From an uncultured Acidobacteriota bacterium (GTDB taxonomy: Bacteria; Acidobacteriota; Blastocatellia; RBC074), in the NCBI GenBank assembly GCA_963796275.1, contig CAWCKY010000006.1, forward strand, positions 544,001 to 608,000: DNA of 64,000 nucleotides, read 5' to 3'. Positions within the stretch are counted from its first letter, which is position 1, and each line of letters begins with the position of its first letter. A model generated the notes under the pieces. The model did no database searches. It saw only the letters and a program-made list of their open reading frames with translations, and was not told the DNA's origin. This document shows positions 11,447 through 20,778 of this stretch, one piece after another. The translations under genes were made by a program, and so were the position numbers.

Positions 11447-11719
11447 ACGTGCTTCCTTTATGGTTTGGAAGTTTTTTTTCTTTCTCTGCTTCTGCCGCTT
11501 TGTCCCTAAGTGACTGTTATTTAACAGATTATCGTGGTGATGTCAAATTTTGCTTTCTAAAAATCACTCAATAACACCTCGATCCCCGGGTTTTTGATAC
11601 CTCCCGCCATATCTATAAGTTGATGCGGCTTATCAGCGAGCAGATACTAAATATTGATATGCCTATAGTTACTAGAGGCATGGTTTGGTTGGGCTGAGCT
11701 AATATTTAAGTTAAGGAAG

Positions 11720-12208
11720 TCAAATCTCTAATGATTTTACCATCAGATAACCGTCGCCGCCGTTGGAGTAATATTTACCCATACGTTGAACCACGATATA
11801 TCCGAGTTGTTCGTAAAGTTTTTGCGCTGCGGTATTGCCGACACGGACTTCGAGTCGCACAGTGGTCACGGCTCGGGTCACGAAGCTACGTTCGATTTCG
11901 TGCAGGATCAATCTTGCCAGACCGCGGCGTCGATATTCGGGAGCGACACCGATGGTAGTGATATGGCCGACGCCGTCATTCTCGACGACCGCGATCGCGA
12001 ATGCGCTCATCTCGTCGTTTTCCGACCTGATCTGGCGTGCTATGGTTTGAGGATTAGAGAGAAGATAGCGAAATGTCTCACGTTCATATGCCTCGCCATC
12101 AACAAAACACCTCAGATCGAGCTGCCACAACTCATTTAAGTCGGATAGTAGCAATGGGCGCAGGGCGCCTTTGAATGCTTTGGGAATTTTGTGACTGACA
12201 GCTCGCAT
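11720..12208 (-). CDS. RimI-like GNAT N-acetyltransferase
   Basis: [44 protein letters not shown]. Start uncertain (12208 vs 12250). Confidence 0.85.
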   Translation of the reverse strand: MRAVSHKIPKAFKGALRPLLLSDLNELWQLDLRCFVDGEAYERETFRYLLSNPQTIARQIRSENDEMSAFAIAVVENDGVGHITTIGVAPEYRRRGLARLILHEIERSFVTRAVTTVRLEVRVGNTAAQKLYEQLGYIVVQRMGKYYSNGGDGYLMVKSLEI

Positions 12209-12307
12209 AAGAAGAATTGAAAAGTGATAATTGAATTCAGCCAATATCAAAATGAATGGTAATCACTGTCAATCATCCATTATCAGTTATCGGTTAACAA
12301 CTATCAC

Positions 12308-13366
12308 TTAAATAAGAAGCATACAATCGCCATAACTATAAAAACGATATTGCTCCTCAACGGCGTGGCGATAAGCGCTCATTGTCGTTTCCCGACCTGC
12401 AAAAGCAGAGACGAGCATCAACAAGGATGATTGGGGCAAGTGAAAATTCGTCAACAGCGCATTTATAACGCGAAATTTGTATCCTGGATAGATAAATAAT
12501 TCAGTTGAGCCGCACTCGGGTCGGATATTCCCATCAGGATCGGCTGCGCTCTCCAGGGCCCGCACGGTTGTTGTGCCAACAGCGATGATTCGCTTCCCCT
12601 CGCATTTGGCCGCATTAATCGCGACTGCAGCATATTCCTTGATTTCGTACCATTCAGAAGCGATGTGGTGTTCTTCGATCTGTTGCGTTCTGATAGGCTG
12701 AAAGGTCGCATAGCCGACGTGGTGAGTTAGCTCAATAATTTCCACCTCCCGCGCGCGCAGTTCATCGAAGATGCGAGGTGTGAAGTGCAGCCCGGCAGTG
12801 GGCGCGGCAATTGCTCCCCGCTGTCTGGCATACACCGTTTGATAACGCGGCTCGTCCAATCGATCATCCTCGATCCTCGAGCGTTTTATGTAGGGCGGCA
12901 ACGGGGTGTTGCCAATTTCATCCACGATACGGTCCATGTCTCCGTCGCACGTAAATCTGATTTTACGCCGTCCTTCTTCCTGGACCGATGTGATCACTCC
13001 GCGCAGCCTGCCATTTCCAAATTCGATCTCTTCGCCGGCGCGCAAAGCTCTCGCAGGTTTGGCCAGAACTTCCCATTCTTCCTGGGAAGAACGCAGGAGA
13101 AGGATTTCAACCTGCCCGCCCGGCATCTCCCCCCTTTTGTCTTTAAAGATTCGGCGGCCGATCAATCTCGCGGGGAAGACGCGCGAATTGTTGAGGACGA
13201 GTACGTCCCCTTGATTGAAATAAGTGGGAAATTCGGCAAAAGTACTATCGCGCCAGGTACTGCTGCTTCTGTTCACAACTAGCAGACGCGAGCTATCGCG
13301 CTCCGGCAACGGTACTTGCGCGATTAGTTCTTGCGGCAGTTCAAAATCAAATTCTGAAATATGCAT
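12308..13366 (-). CDS. queA: S-adenosylmethionine:tRNA ribosyltransferase-isomerase
   Basis: FDFELPQELIAQ, PLPPYIKR, AAPTAGLHF, AVGTTTVRALES, TNFHLP, YRFYSYGD. Confidence 0.96.
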   Translation of the reverse strand: MHISEFDFELPQELIAQVPLPERDSSRLLVVNRSSSTWRDSTFAEFPTYFNQGDVLVLNNSRVFPARLIGRRIFKDKRGEMPGGQVEILLLRSSQEEWEVLAKPARALRAGEEIEFGNGRLRGVITSVQEEGRRKIRFTCDGDMDRIVDEIGNTPLPPYIKRSRIEDDRLDEPRYQTVYARQRGAIAAPTAGLHFTPRIFDELRAREVEIIELTHHVGYATFQPIRTQQIEEHHIASEWYEIKEYAAVAINAAKCEGKRIIAVGTTTVRALESAADPDGNIRPECGSTELFIYPGYKFRVINALLTNFHLPQSSLLMLVSAFAGRETTMSAYRHAVEEQYRFYSYGDCMLLI

Positions 13367-13473
13367 TTTGCATTGAATCAATTTTATTGATCAAGATAGC
13401 AAAAAATGAGACAAAAAACAGAAAATACTGTGTGTGCAATAAATGGTTATAGAAATCAACGTCATCGCTCCTG

Positions 13474-13612
13474 AGCGCCAGAGGCGCGCGATGTTATAGA
13501 GCTGTCGGTCTCCCATATCTCGCAAGCTCCGGAAGCTATATCTATATCGCGACTCGTCGGAGATTATGAGACCTGTGTATTCGATTGCTAAATACATCCG
13601 CTCCTCCGGAGC
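13474..13612. repeat. Degenerate REP-like palindromic element between ruvB and queA
   Basis: agctccgga (13525-13533) and gctcctccggagc (13600-13612) are inversely related; agcgccagaggcgc...tgttatag lies upstream. Confidence 0.4.
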
Positions 13613-13698
13613 CGATCAAACCGTCGCTAATGACCAAATTTAATTTGCACAGTCCACTCAATTAAGATTTTGCCTGCTTTGTTTTCATACCCAATGAG

Positions 13699-14692
13699 TT
13701 ATTGAAATAAATCCTTCTGCTGATCAATTGATTCACAATTGAGGCCGAGATGCTGATAAGCTGCCGGCGTCACAACGCGCCCGCGGGGCGTGCGGTTCAA
13801 AAAACCGATTTGAATAAGGTACGGCTCGTATATTTCTTCGATGGCTTCCTTCTCTTCATTGATTGCCGCTGAAATTGTGCCGACCCCGACCGGTCCGCCG
13901 TTGAATTTTTCGATAATTGTCGTGAGCATTTTTCGATCGACTTCGTCTAATCCGTGACGATCGACCTCCATGCGATTGAGTGCGTCGTTGGCGACTTCGG
14001 CTCTAATGACTCCATCATGCTCGACTTCCGCATAATCGCGGACGCGCCGCAGCAGCCGGTTGGCGATACGCGGCGTCCCGCGCGAACGCTGAGCGATGGC
14101 GTTCGCTCCATCCGGCTCGATCCGTACGCTCAGGATAGATGATGAACGTTCGACGATGACCCTAAGATCCTCGACTGGATAGAAATCGAGGTGGAAGTTG
14201 ATGCCGAAGCGTCCGCGCAGGGGCGCGGTAATCAGCCCCGGGCGTGTCGTCGCGCCGATGAGGGTGAAACGGGGCAGATCTGAATTTGACCGAACGGGCC
14301 GATGGTCCCTGCCCGATCACCAGATCGAGTTCGTAGTCCTCCATCGCGGGGTAGAGTATCTCTTCGATAGCCGGGTGCAGCCGGTGGATCTCATCGATGA
14401 ATAGCACGTCGTTTTCATCAAGGTTGGTGAGCAGCGCAGCCAGGTCGCCGGCCTTCTCGATTACTGGTCCTGCCGTCATTTTTATCGGTGCGTTCATTTC
14501 GCGGGCAATAATTCCCGCCAGACTCGTCTTTCCCAGTCCGGGGGGACCATTGAGCAGAACATGATCCAGCGCTTCGCCGCGGGCGATCGCTGCTTTGATG
14601 AAGATGGCGAGGTTGTCTTTGACCTTCCTCTGACCTATATACTCGCGCAGCCATTTGGGACGCAGAGATAATTCAATTTGTTCTTCGTCCAT
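13699..14692 (-). pseudogene. ruvB: Holliday junction helicase RuvB interrupted by one extra base near 14281-14282 (likely assembly error)
   Basis: GPPGLGKT and FIDEIHRL in the first frame. Removing one base gives ...[32 protein letters not shown]...[21 protein letters not shown]... continuous with the 13699-13971 fragment. Confidence 0.93.
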
Positions 14693-14775
14693 TGCTTCTA
14701 CACCTGAGAACCGAAAAAAATCACCAAACGGTGAAAGTGAATAACAGACTCTTCATCCCCTGATTGATCAGCCGT

Positions 14776-15390
14776 TTATTTAGCGAGCTTCCGGAGCGCC
14801 TGTTTCAGCGTCGTTTCAAAATTTGATTCAGGCGCGTCTTTCAAAATAGTGAACACCGCTTTCTCGGCGGCCGCCTTTGGGTATTCCAGGTTGATCAGTG
14901 CCGAGATCACATCGTCCCGCATGGCATCGCCACCACTGGCGACGATCCCGGCGCGCAGCCGTTCTTCGAATTCCGGAGAAGCGAGCGCCGCCGCCTTATC
15001 CTTCAGTTCGACGAGCATGCGTTCGGCGGTCTTCTTGCCGACTCCGGGAATTGCGACAAGACGCGCCAGATCGCCGACGCGAATCGCATGAATCAACTCT
15101 TCCGCGCTCAAGCCCGAAAGCGCCGTGATCGCGAGTTTGGGACCGATACCCGATACTCCGATCAATAGCAGAAACAACTTCTTTTCCCGTTCGGTCTGAA
15201 ACCCGTAGAGGTGCAGAGCGTCCTCACGCACGTAAGTGTAAACTCGCAAAGACACATCGGTTCCAACCTCGCCCAGAACATAAAATGTCGAAAGCGGTAC
15301 GGTCAATTCGTATCCGACGCCTTGGGATGCCTCGACGATCACCGAATTGGGATGTTTTTGAATAAGTTTACCAGTGATTTGTGCGATCAT
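14776..15390 (-). CDS. ruvA: Holliday junction DNA-binding protein RuvA
   Basis: MIAQITGKL, GVGYE, VREDALHLYGF, GIGPKLA, PGVGKKTAERMLVELKDK. Confidence 0.96.
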   Translation of the reverse strand: MIAQITGKLIQKHPNSVIVEASQGVGYELTVPLSTFYVLGEVGTDVSLRVYTYVREDALHLYGFQTEREKKLFLLLIGVSGIGPKLAITALSGLSAEELIHAIRVGDLARLVAIPGVGKKTAERMLVELKDKAAALASPEFEERLRAGIVASGGDAMRDDVISALINLEYPKAAAEKAVFTILKDAPESNFETTLKQALRKLAK

Positions 15391-15400
15391 AGGAGGTAGC

Positions 15401-15520
15401 GATAGCCTGTTGTCGTTCGCAGCTCACAGCTTGGTAGAGTATCAACTATCAACTATGAACTGCAAACTGCGATCCTACAACAGGTATCGGGAAATCAACT
15501 ATCGACAGTGAACTGCAACC
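15401..15520. repeat. Degenerate (TATCAAC/TGCAAAC)n heptamer hairpin between divergent ruvA and rex
   Basis: tatcaactatcaactatgaactgcaaactgc array; flanking gatagcctgttgt / acaacaggtatc are near-complementary. Confidence 0.55.
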
Positions 15521-15653
15521 GAACGCAGCCATCCTGACACCGGCTGCCGACAAATTACTACCGGCGCTAAAAAAACACTAAGTTGACAGCCATTGCGCCG
15601 CTGAGATATCGTTGCTGACAGGCAAGAGAGCGGGAATAGCTAACTACAAGTGT

Positions 15654-16355
15654 ATGAAGACAGAGAAGATTTCAGAACTCACTACGAACCGTCTTTCGGT
15701 CTATCTGCGTTGTTTGAATGAATTGGCGGCGACTGGAGTCGAGACTATCTCTTCACAGGCGATGGCCGAACAGTTCAATCTTAACTCGGCGCAGATCCGT
15801 AAAGATCTGGCTTACTTCGGAGAATTCGGCGTGCGCGGGGTCGGATATTATGTGGAAAACCTGCGTCAGCACATCCTCAAGATCCTCGGCCTGACAGTGA
15901 AACACCGCGTTGCGATCATCGGGCTGGGGAATCTCGGAATGGCCTTGGCCAATTATCATGGGTTCAATCAGCACAGTTTCGACATTGCAGCACTCTTCGA
16001 CTCCGACACGGGGAAGATCGGGACGCGCGTTCGCAGCGGCCTGGAGATACAGAGCACGGACAACCTGAAAGAGATCATCAGGCAAAAAGATATCAATATC
16101 GCGGTTATTACTGTCCCGGCGACTGCAGCGGAGCAGGTTCTGGAAGATGTGACAGATGCCGGGGTCAGAGCTGTACTCAACTTCGCCCCCGTGCATTTGC
16201 ATCCGAGGGCGGGTGTTAAAGTGAAGACGGTCGATCTGTCGATCTCACTTGAAAGTCTCTCTTACTTCCTGGCAAATCCCAGCGCGGACGGCGTAAACGT
16301 CGATTATCGCGACTTTCTGCGTTACGAACCCGAATCCAACGGCGCAGGGCAATGA
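15654..16355 (+). CDS. rex: Redox-sensing (NADH/NAD+) transcriptional repressor Rex
   Basis: RLSVYLRCL, ISSQ, AQIRKDLAYFGEFGVRGVGY, IIGLGNLG, AVLNFAP. Confidence 0.95.
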   Translation: MKTEKISELTTNRLSVYLRCLNELAATGVETISSQAMAEQFNLNSAQIRKDLAYFGEFGVRGVGYYVENLRQHILKILGLTVKHRVAIIGLGNLGMALANYHGFNQHSFDIAALFDSDTGKIGTRVRSGLEIQSTDNLKEIIRQKDINIAVITVPATAAEQVLEDVTDAGVRAVLNFAPVHLHPRAGVKVKTVDLSISLESLSYFLANPSADGVNVDYRDFLRYEPESNGAGQ

Positions 16356-16495
16356 AAGGGTTGGTGCCCTGAGATTGAGCTAAACCGCGAAAAAAGTAGA
16401 TTACGACGAGAAAACCGCCGATGATTTTTCCTTTTCTTTCTTTTCCAGGTGGTTTATTTGTTTCAATGTTGCGAGGTTTGGTATAGAGCTACGAA

Positions 16496-17293
16496 ATGGC
16501 AGATGAGCAGAAAGTACGTGAACAGATTGTTGAAATAGCGACGAACTGCTATGGTCGCGGATTGCTAGTGGCCGGAGACGGTAATATCAGCGTTCGTGTC
16601 GCGCCGAACCGTGTTATTGCAACACCGTCAGGTGTCAGCAAAGGATGGATGAAGCCCGGCATGATGGTAGCAGTAGATCTGGATGGCAATCCTCTAGAAC
16701 CGTCCGAGTACAGAGTCTCAACCGAATGGCCGATGCACCGGTTGATCTATCAGTCTCGCCCCGATATACACGCCGTCGTACATGCGCATCCGCCTTATGC
16801 CACGGGGTTTGCAGTTGCCGGTTTATCGCTCGACAAAGCTATTCTATCCGAAGTCATTTTGACTCTGGGGTGTGTTCCGCTGGCGGCCTATGGAACTCCA
16901 TCTACGAATGAGCTGACCGATGCGATTGAACCCTATCTTCAATACCACGATGCATTATTGATGGCCAATCATGGCGCGGTGGCATATGCAGATACGCTGG
17001 AAAAGGCGTATAACAAGCTGGAAACCCTCGAGCACACTTGCAGGATAAGCTTCATTGCACGAACGCTCGGGAATGAAAATACGATCCCCGGCCGCGCCGT
17101 GGAGAAACTCTTCGAGATACGCGAACGCAGCGGAGCCATGCGCCCCGAAGCGCGCGAGGGGCAGGTTTGCGGTAGAGCGGTGGACGGGGAGATGGGGCGG
17201 CGGGAAGATGGTAATGAGCATATCATTTTGACGCGCGCCGAATTGATCGAGTTGTTGACTGAATCGATCCGATTGATGAATAGGCATGTTTGA
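16496..17293 (+). CDS. Class II aldolase (FucA-like) with C-terminal extension
   Basis: GDGNISVR, TPSG, STEWPMH, VVHAHPP (HxH), LMANHG metal ligands; about 50 extra C-terminal residues. Confidence 0.92.
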   Translation: MADEQKVREQIVEIATNCYGRGLLVAGDGNISVRVAPNRVIATPSGVSKGWMKPGMMVAVDLDGNPLEPSEYRVSTEWPMHRLIYQSRPDIHAVVHAHPPYATGFAVAGLSLDKAILSEVILTLGCVPLAAYGTPSTNELTDAIEPYLQYHDALLMANHGAVAYADTLEKAYNKLETLEHTCRISFIARTLGNENTIPGRAVEKLFEIRERSGAMRPEAREGQVCGRAVDGEMGRREDGNEHIILTRAELIELLTESIRLMNRHV

Positions 17294-17308
17294 AACGAGA
17301 GGCGGGCA

Positions 17309-17500
17309 ATGAACGAAAATAGCGACAAATGAGTTATTACGGCGCCGACGTCCGGAAGCGAAGATAAATCCGCACAAGTCATCAGCGTAGAGATAAATGA
17401 CGACCAGGATGTGCGCTGGCAGTGGACGCACTATTCGGACGGGACGAGCGCGGTCACGGGTTACGAAATCATCAAGAAGCGCGAAAGGAGCGACGAGTAG
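17309..17500 (+). other. Unannotated 63-codon ORF with in-frame TGA at codon 8 (small protein, recoded gene or pseudogene)
   Basis: GAGAGG RBS, ATG at 17309, MNENSDK*VITAPTSGSEDKSAQVISVEINDDQDVRWQWTHYSDGTSAVTGYEIIKKRERSDE; its TAG (17498-17500) abuts the BMC-H ATG. Confidence 0.5.
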
Positions 17501-17791
17501 ATGGAAGCACTGGGAATGATCGAGACAAAAGGATTGGTGGCGATGATCGAGGCCGCCGATGCGATGGTTAAATCCGCCAACGTGACGCTAGTGGGGTATG
17601 AGAAGATCGGCGCCGGCTTCGTAACTGCCATCGTGCGAGGCGACGTCGCGGCAGTCAAAGCCGCAACCGATGCGGGAGCCGCCGCCGCGCGTCGTGTCGG
17701 CGAACTCGTCAGCGTCCATGTCATCCCGCGCCCGCACGCCGCTGTCGATGAGAACCTTCCTCTGACTATCGAAGCGAGGTTGAAAAAATGA
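17501..17791 (+). CDS. Bacterial microcompartment hexamer shell protein (BMC-H, EutM/PduA-like)
   Basis: [31 protein letters not shown] pore loop, [17 protein letters not shown]. Confidence 0.97.
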   Translation: MEALGMIETKGLVAMIEAADAMVKSANVTLVGYEKIGAGFVTAIVRGDVAAVKAATDAGAAAARRVGELVSVHVIPRPHAAVDENLPLTIEARLKK

Positions 17792-17883
17792 TGATGCCCC
17801 GAATCTGGAACCCAGGAATCTGTTAAAAACCAGACTCGAGTCTCCGGATTACGGGCTGACGTCATACCAGACTCCAGACACTT

Positions 17884-18153
17884 ATGATCATCGGACGAAT
17901 CGTCGGCAACATCGTTGCGACACGCAAAGACCCGAGGTTGGAGGGTAAAAAGCTGCTGCTCGTCCGTCCGCTCACTCTCCGGGGCGAAGACGAGAGCAAC
18001 TATCTGGTGGCCGTCGACACGGTCGGCGCCGGATTTCGCGAGAAGGTTCTGGTCGTCTCGGGTAGCAGCGCGCGCATGGCGGAAGGGCTTAAAGATATAC
18101 CGGTAGACGCGGCGATCATCGGTATCATCGATACGGTTGAGGTGACTGATTGA
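17884..18153 (+). CDS. Bacterial microcompartment pentamer vertex protein (BMC-P, EutN/CcmL family)
   Basis: MIIGRIVGNIVATRKD, LEGKKLLLV, VAVDTVGAG, GSSAR, PVDAAIIGIID. Confidence 0.97.
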   Translation: MIIGRIVGNIVATRKDPRLEGKKLLLVRPLTLRGEDESNYLVAVDTVGAGFREKVLVVSGSSARMAEGLKDIPVDAAIIGIIDTVEVTD

Positions 18154-18155
18154 GT

Positions 18156-19940
18156 ATGACAACTATCCGCATCGCGCTCGCACAGATAAATCCAACCGTA
18201 GGCGATTTCGCCGGCAACACCTCCAAAATAATCGCCAACGTCGAACGCGCACGGGATGCAGGGGCGGAGATCATCGCCGTCCCCGAACTCTCGCTCCCCG
18301 GATATCCGCCTGAGGATTTGCTGCTAAAGCCGCAGTTCATCGAATCCAATCTGAAAGCGCTCGGACAGATTGTCTCAGCATCAAAGGGCATCGTCGTAAT
18401 AGTCGGCTGCGTGGCTAAATCCAGTGATATTCATAATGCAGCGGCGGTGATTTGCGATGGCGAGCTGAAAGGGTTCTATTACAAAAATTTTCTGCCGAAT
18501 TACGGCGTCTTCGATGAGTATAGATATTTCGACGCGGGCCAGACCGCGCCTATCTACGCATACGCCGATGTGCTCATCGGTATCAACATCTGCGAGGACA
18601 TCTGGTATCCGGGGGGGCCGACGCAAATCCAGGCGCTGGCCGGAGCGCAGGTAATAATAAATATCTCCGCCTCGCCATATTACGCAGGAAAAGGCAGTTC
18701 ACGCGAGCGGATGCTCGCCACGAGAGCGGAAGATAACGCCGTCGCGCTGGCATATGTCAATCTGGTGGGTGGCCAGGACGAACTGGTCTTCGATGGTCAG
18801 AGCCTGATCTTCGATGAGCGCGGCGAAGTAATAGCGCGCGGCAAGTTGTTTGAAGAAGACCTCGTTATCGCCGACATCAATGTCGAACGGGTGTTCAAAG
18901 AAAGACTGCACGACCCGCGTCGAAGACAGGAGCGGATAGATGTCGCGAGTACCGGGATCAGCGTCGAGCGCATCCTCTTGCGCGAGCGCCCGTTCGATGA
19001 AAAAAGAGCGGCAGCATATGCAGGCGCGCCTGTCGGTCCGCCGGCGAAGACCTTTCCCGCAAGAGAACCGGCGATGTCGATTGCGCTTCCGGGCGGCGCC
19101 GAAGAGGTATACCTGGCTCTGGTCGTCGGGACGCGCGATTACGTCTGCAAGAATGGTTTCAAGAGAGTCGTCATCGGCCTCTCGGGAGGCATCGATTCGG
19201 CGCTGACTGCATGTGTTGCGGTTGATGCGCTGGGAGCTGAACAGGTCACCTGTGTCTTTATGCCCACCCGCTACTCGTCTCCCGAGAGCGGGCGCGATGC
19301 TGCGAAACTGGCGGGGAACCTCGGCGTCGCCTATCACATCATCTCGATCGAAGATACCTTCGAGCAATACCTCAAGATGCTCAGGCAGATATTCGGCAAT
19401 ACGCCGGCCGGTGTGGCCGAAGAGAACATTCAAGCGCGCATCCGCGGTAACATCCTTATGGCGTTCTCCAACAAATTCGGGGCGCTCGTGCTATCGACCG
19501 GAAACAAGAGTGAGGTCAGCACCGGCTATTGCACGCTTTATGGGGATATGGCCGGAGGGTTTTCCGTGCTCAAGGATGTGCCCAAGACTCTAGTCTATGA
19601 GCTCGCCGAATATATCAATCGGCGCGGCACGAAAGCCGTCATACCGGAGTACATCATCACCCGTCCGCCATCGGCCGAGCTGAGAGCAGATCAGAAGGAT
19701 ACGGATAGTCTCCCGCCGTACGATGTCCTCGATGCGATACTCGAGCTATATGTCGAAGAAGACCTGAGCGCCGAGGCGATTATTTCCCATGGCTTCGATG
19801 AGAAGATCGTCCGCTGGGTGACTCGCCAGGTCGATATAAATGAATACAAACGCCGTCAGGCCGCGCCTGGCATCAAGATCACCCCGCGCGCATTCGGACG
19901 TGACCGTAGAATGCCGATTACAAACAGGTTTCATGGATGA
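18156..19940 (+). CDS. nadE: Glutamine-dependent NAD+ synthetase
   Basis: Nitrilase-like domain (PEL, ICEDIW) plus synthetase motifs GLSGGIDS, ENIQAR, TGNKSE, GYCTLYGD, EYKRRQ. ATG lies 2 nt after the BMC-P stop. Confidence 0.96.
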   Translation: MTTIRIALAQINPTVGDFAGNTSKIIANVERARDAGAEIIAVPELSLPGYPPEDLLLKPQFIESNLKALGQIVSASKGIVVIVGCVAKSSDIHNAAAVICDGELKGFYYKNFLPNYGVFDEYRYFDAGQTAPIYAYADVLIGINICEDIWYPGGPTQIQALAGAQVIINISASPYYAGKGSSRERMLATRAEDNAVALAYVNLVGGQDELVFDGQSLIFDERGEVIARGKLFEEDLVIADINVERVFKERLHDPRRRQERIDVASTGISVERILLRERPFDEKRAAAYAGAPVGPPAKTFPAREPAMSIALPGGAEEVYLALVVGTRDYVCKNGFKRVVIGLSGGIDSALTACVAVDALGAEQVTCVFMPTRYSSPESGRDAAKLAGNLGVAYHIISIEDTFEQYLKMLRQIFGNTPAGVAEENIQARIRGNILMAFSNKFGALVLSTGNKSEVSTGYCTLYGDMAGGFSVLKDVPKTLVYELAEYINRRGTKAVIPEYIITRPPSAELRADQKDTDSLPPYDVLDAILELYVEEDLSAEAIISHGFDEKIVRWVTRQVDINEYKRRQAAPGIKITPRAFGRDRRMPITNRFHG

Positions 19941-20028
19941 TTGGAGCCAGAAGAGAATAGGATAGACAAACGAAAAATATCTAATCAGGCGGAACTGGTC
20001 GGTCTCGTATTTCCTTGACGATCTAACA

Positions 20029-20778
20029 ATGAGTCTTCCGAATTCACTCACACTCTTGCGCATATTCATCGCGCCCTTGCTGGTGGTGGTGCTGTTGACG
20101 AAATTTTCCGAAGATTGGGTTGGATTGCCGCAACATATCGCCGGTGTGAGTCTGTTCCTCTTTGCTGCTTCTACCGACGTTCTCGATGGGTGGATTGCGC
20201 GCAGGCGGGGGCAGGTGTCGCGTCTGGGCATTCTGCTCGATCCGATAGCAGACAAACTTCTCATCTCGTCCGCCTTCATTTCACTCGTGGAAAATCGTCT
20301 CGCTCCTGCGTGGGCAGTCGTGATCATCATAGGACGCGAATTCGCAGTTTCCGGTCTACGCTCGATAGCGGCGGCGGAAGGCTGGGCGATACCCGCCTCG
20401 AAAGCGGGGAAGATAAAAATGTTTTCCCAGGTAGTTACAATAGCCCTGCTGATCACATCTTCAGTCGACGGAGCTCCGCCGGTCGAGACAAAAGCTTTTC
20501 CCATCATCGCGTTCTGGACAGTGCCGGAGATGCACACGGCTCTCGCGCATCTGTTCGGCTCGGGGGAAACGAGCTGGCTTGACTGGCGTATGATGTTTTA
20601 TGGGCTGGGACGCGGTCTCTTATGGCTGGTGGTTATCTCATCTTGCTGGTCTATGTACGGATATTTCCGCCATTTCTATCAGAACGCGAGCGAAAGCCTG
20701 GGTCTGAAAAAAAAGAAGCGGAGGAGTGAGAAGGGGATCGCGCATGGTTTGAACCGGTTGGGATCTGATAAGAGGTGA
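20029..20778 (+). CDS. pgsA: CDP-diacylglycerol--glycerol-3-phosphate 3-phosphatidyltransferase
   Basis: LPNSLTLLRI, TDVLDGWIARRRGQVSRLGILLDPIADK (CDP-alcohol phosphotransferase motif), REFAVSGLR, GKIKM. Confidence 0.88.
   Translation: MSLPNSLTLLRIFIAPLLVVVLLTKFSEDWVGLPQHIAGVSLFLFAASTDVLDGWIARRRGQVSRLGILLDPIADKLLISSAFISLVENRLAPAWAVVIIIGREFAVSGLRSIAAAEGWAIPASKAGKIKMFSQVVTIALLITSSVDGAPPVETKAFPIIAFWTVPEMHTALAHLFGSGETSWLDWRMMFYGLGRGLLWLVVISSCWSMYGYFRHFYQNASESLGLKKKKRRSEKGIAHGLNRLGSDKR

Noticed and set aside
13391-13597. 68-aa ORF between ruvB and queA
   Set aside because: Overlaps a degenerate palindromic repeat and has no recognisable motif.
14275-14290. Programmed ribosomal frameshift in ruvB
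   Set aside because: No recognisable slippery site or stimulatory structure; a similar lone indel in galK points to sequence error.
16356-16495. Rex operator upstream of the aldolase
   Set aside because: No match to TTGTGAA-N4-TTCACAA seen here or upstream of rex.
17330-17380. SECIS element after the in-frame UGA
   Set aside because: Only a weak possible stem; no redox motif around the UGA codon.
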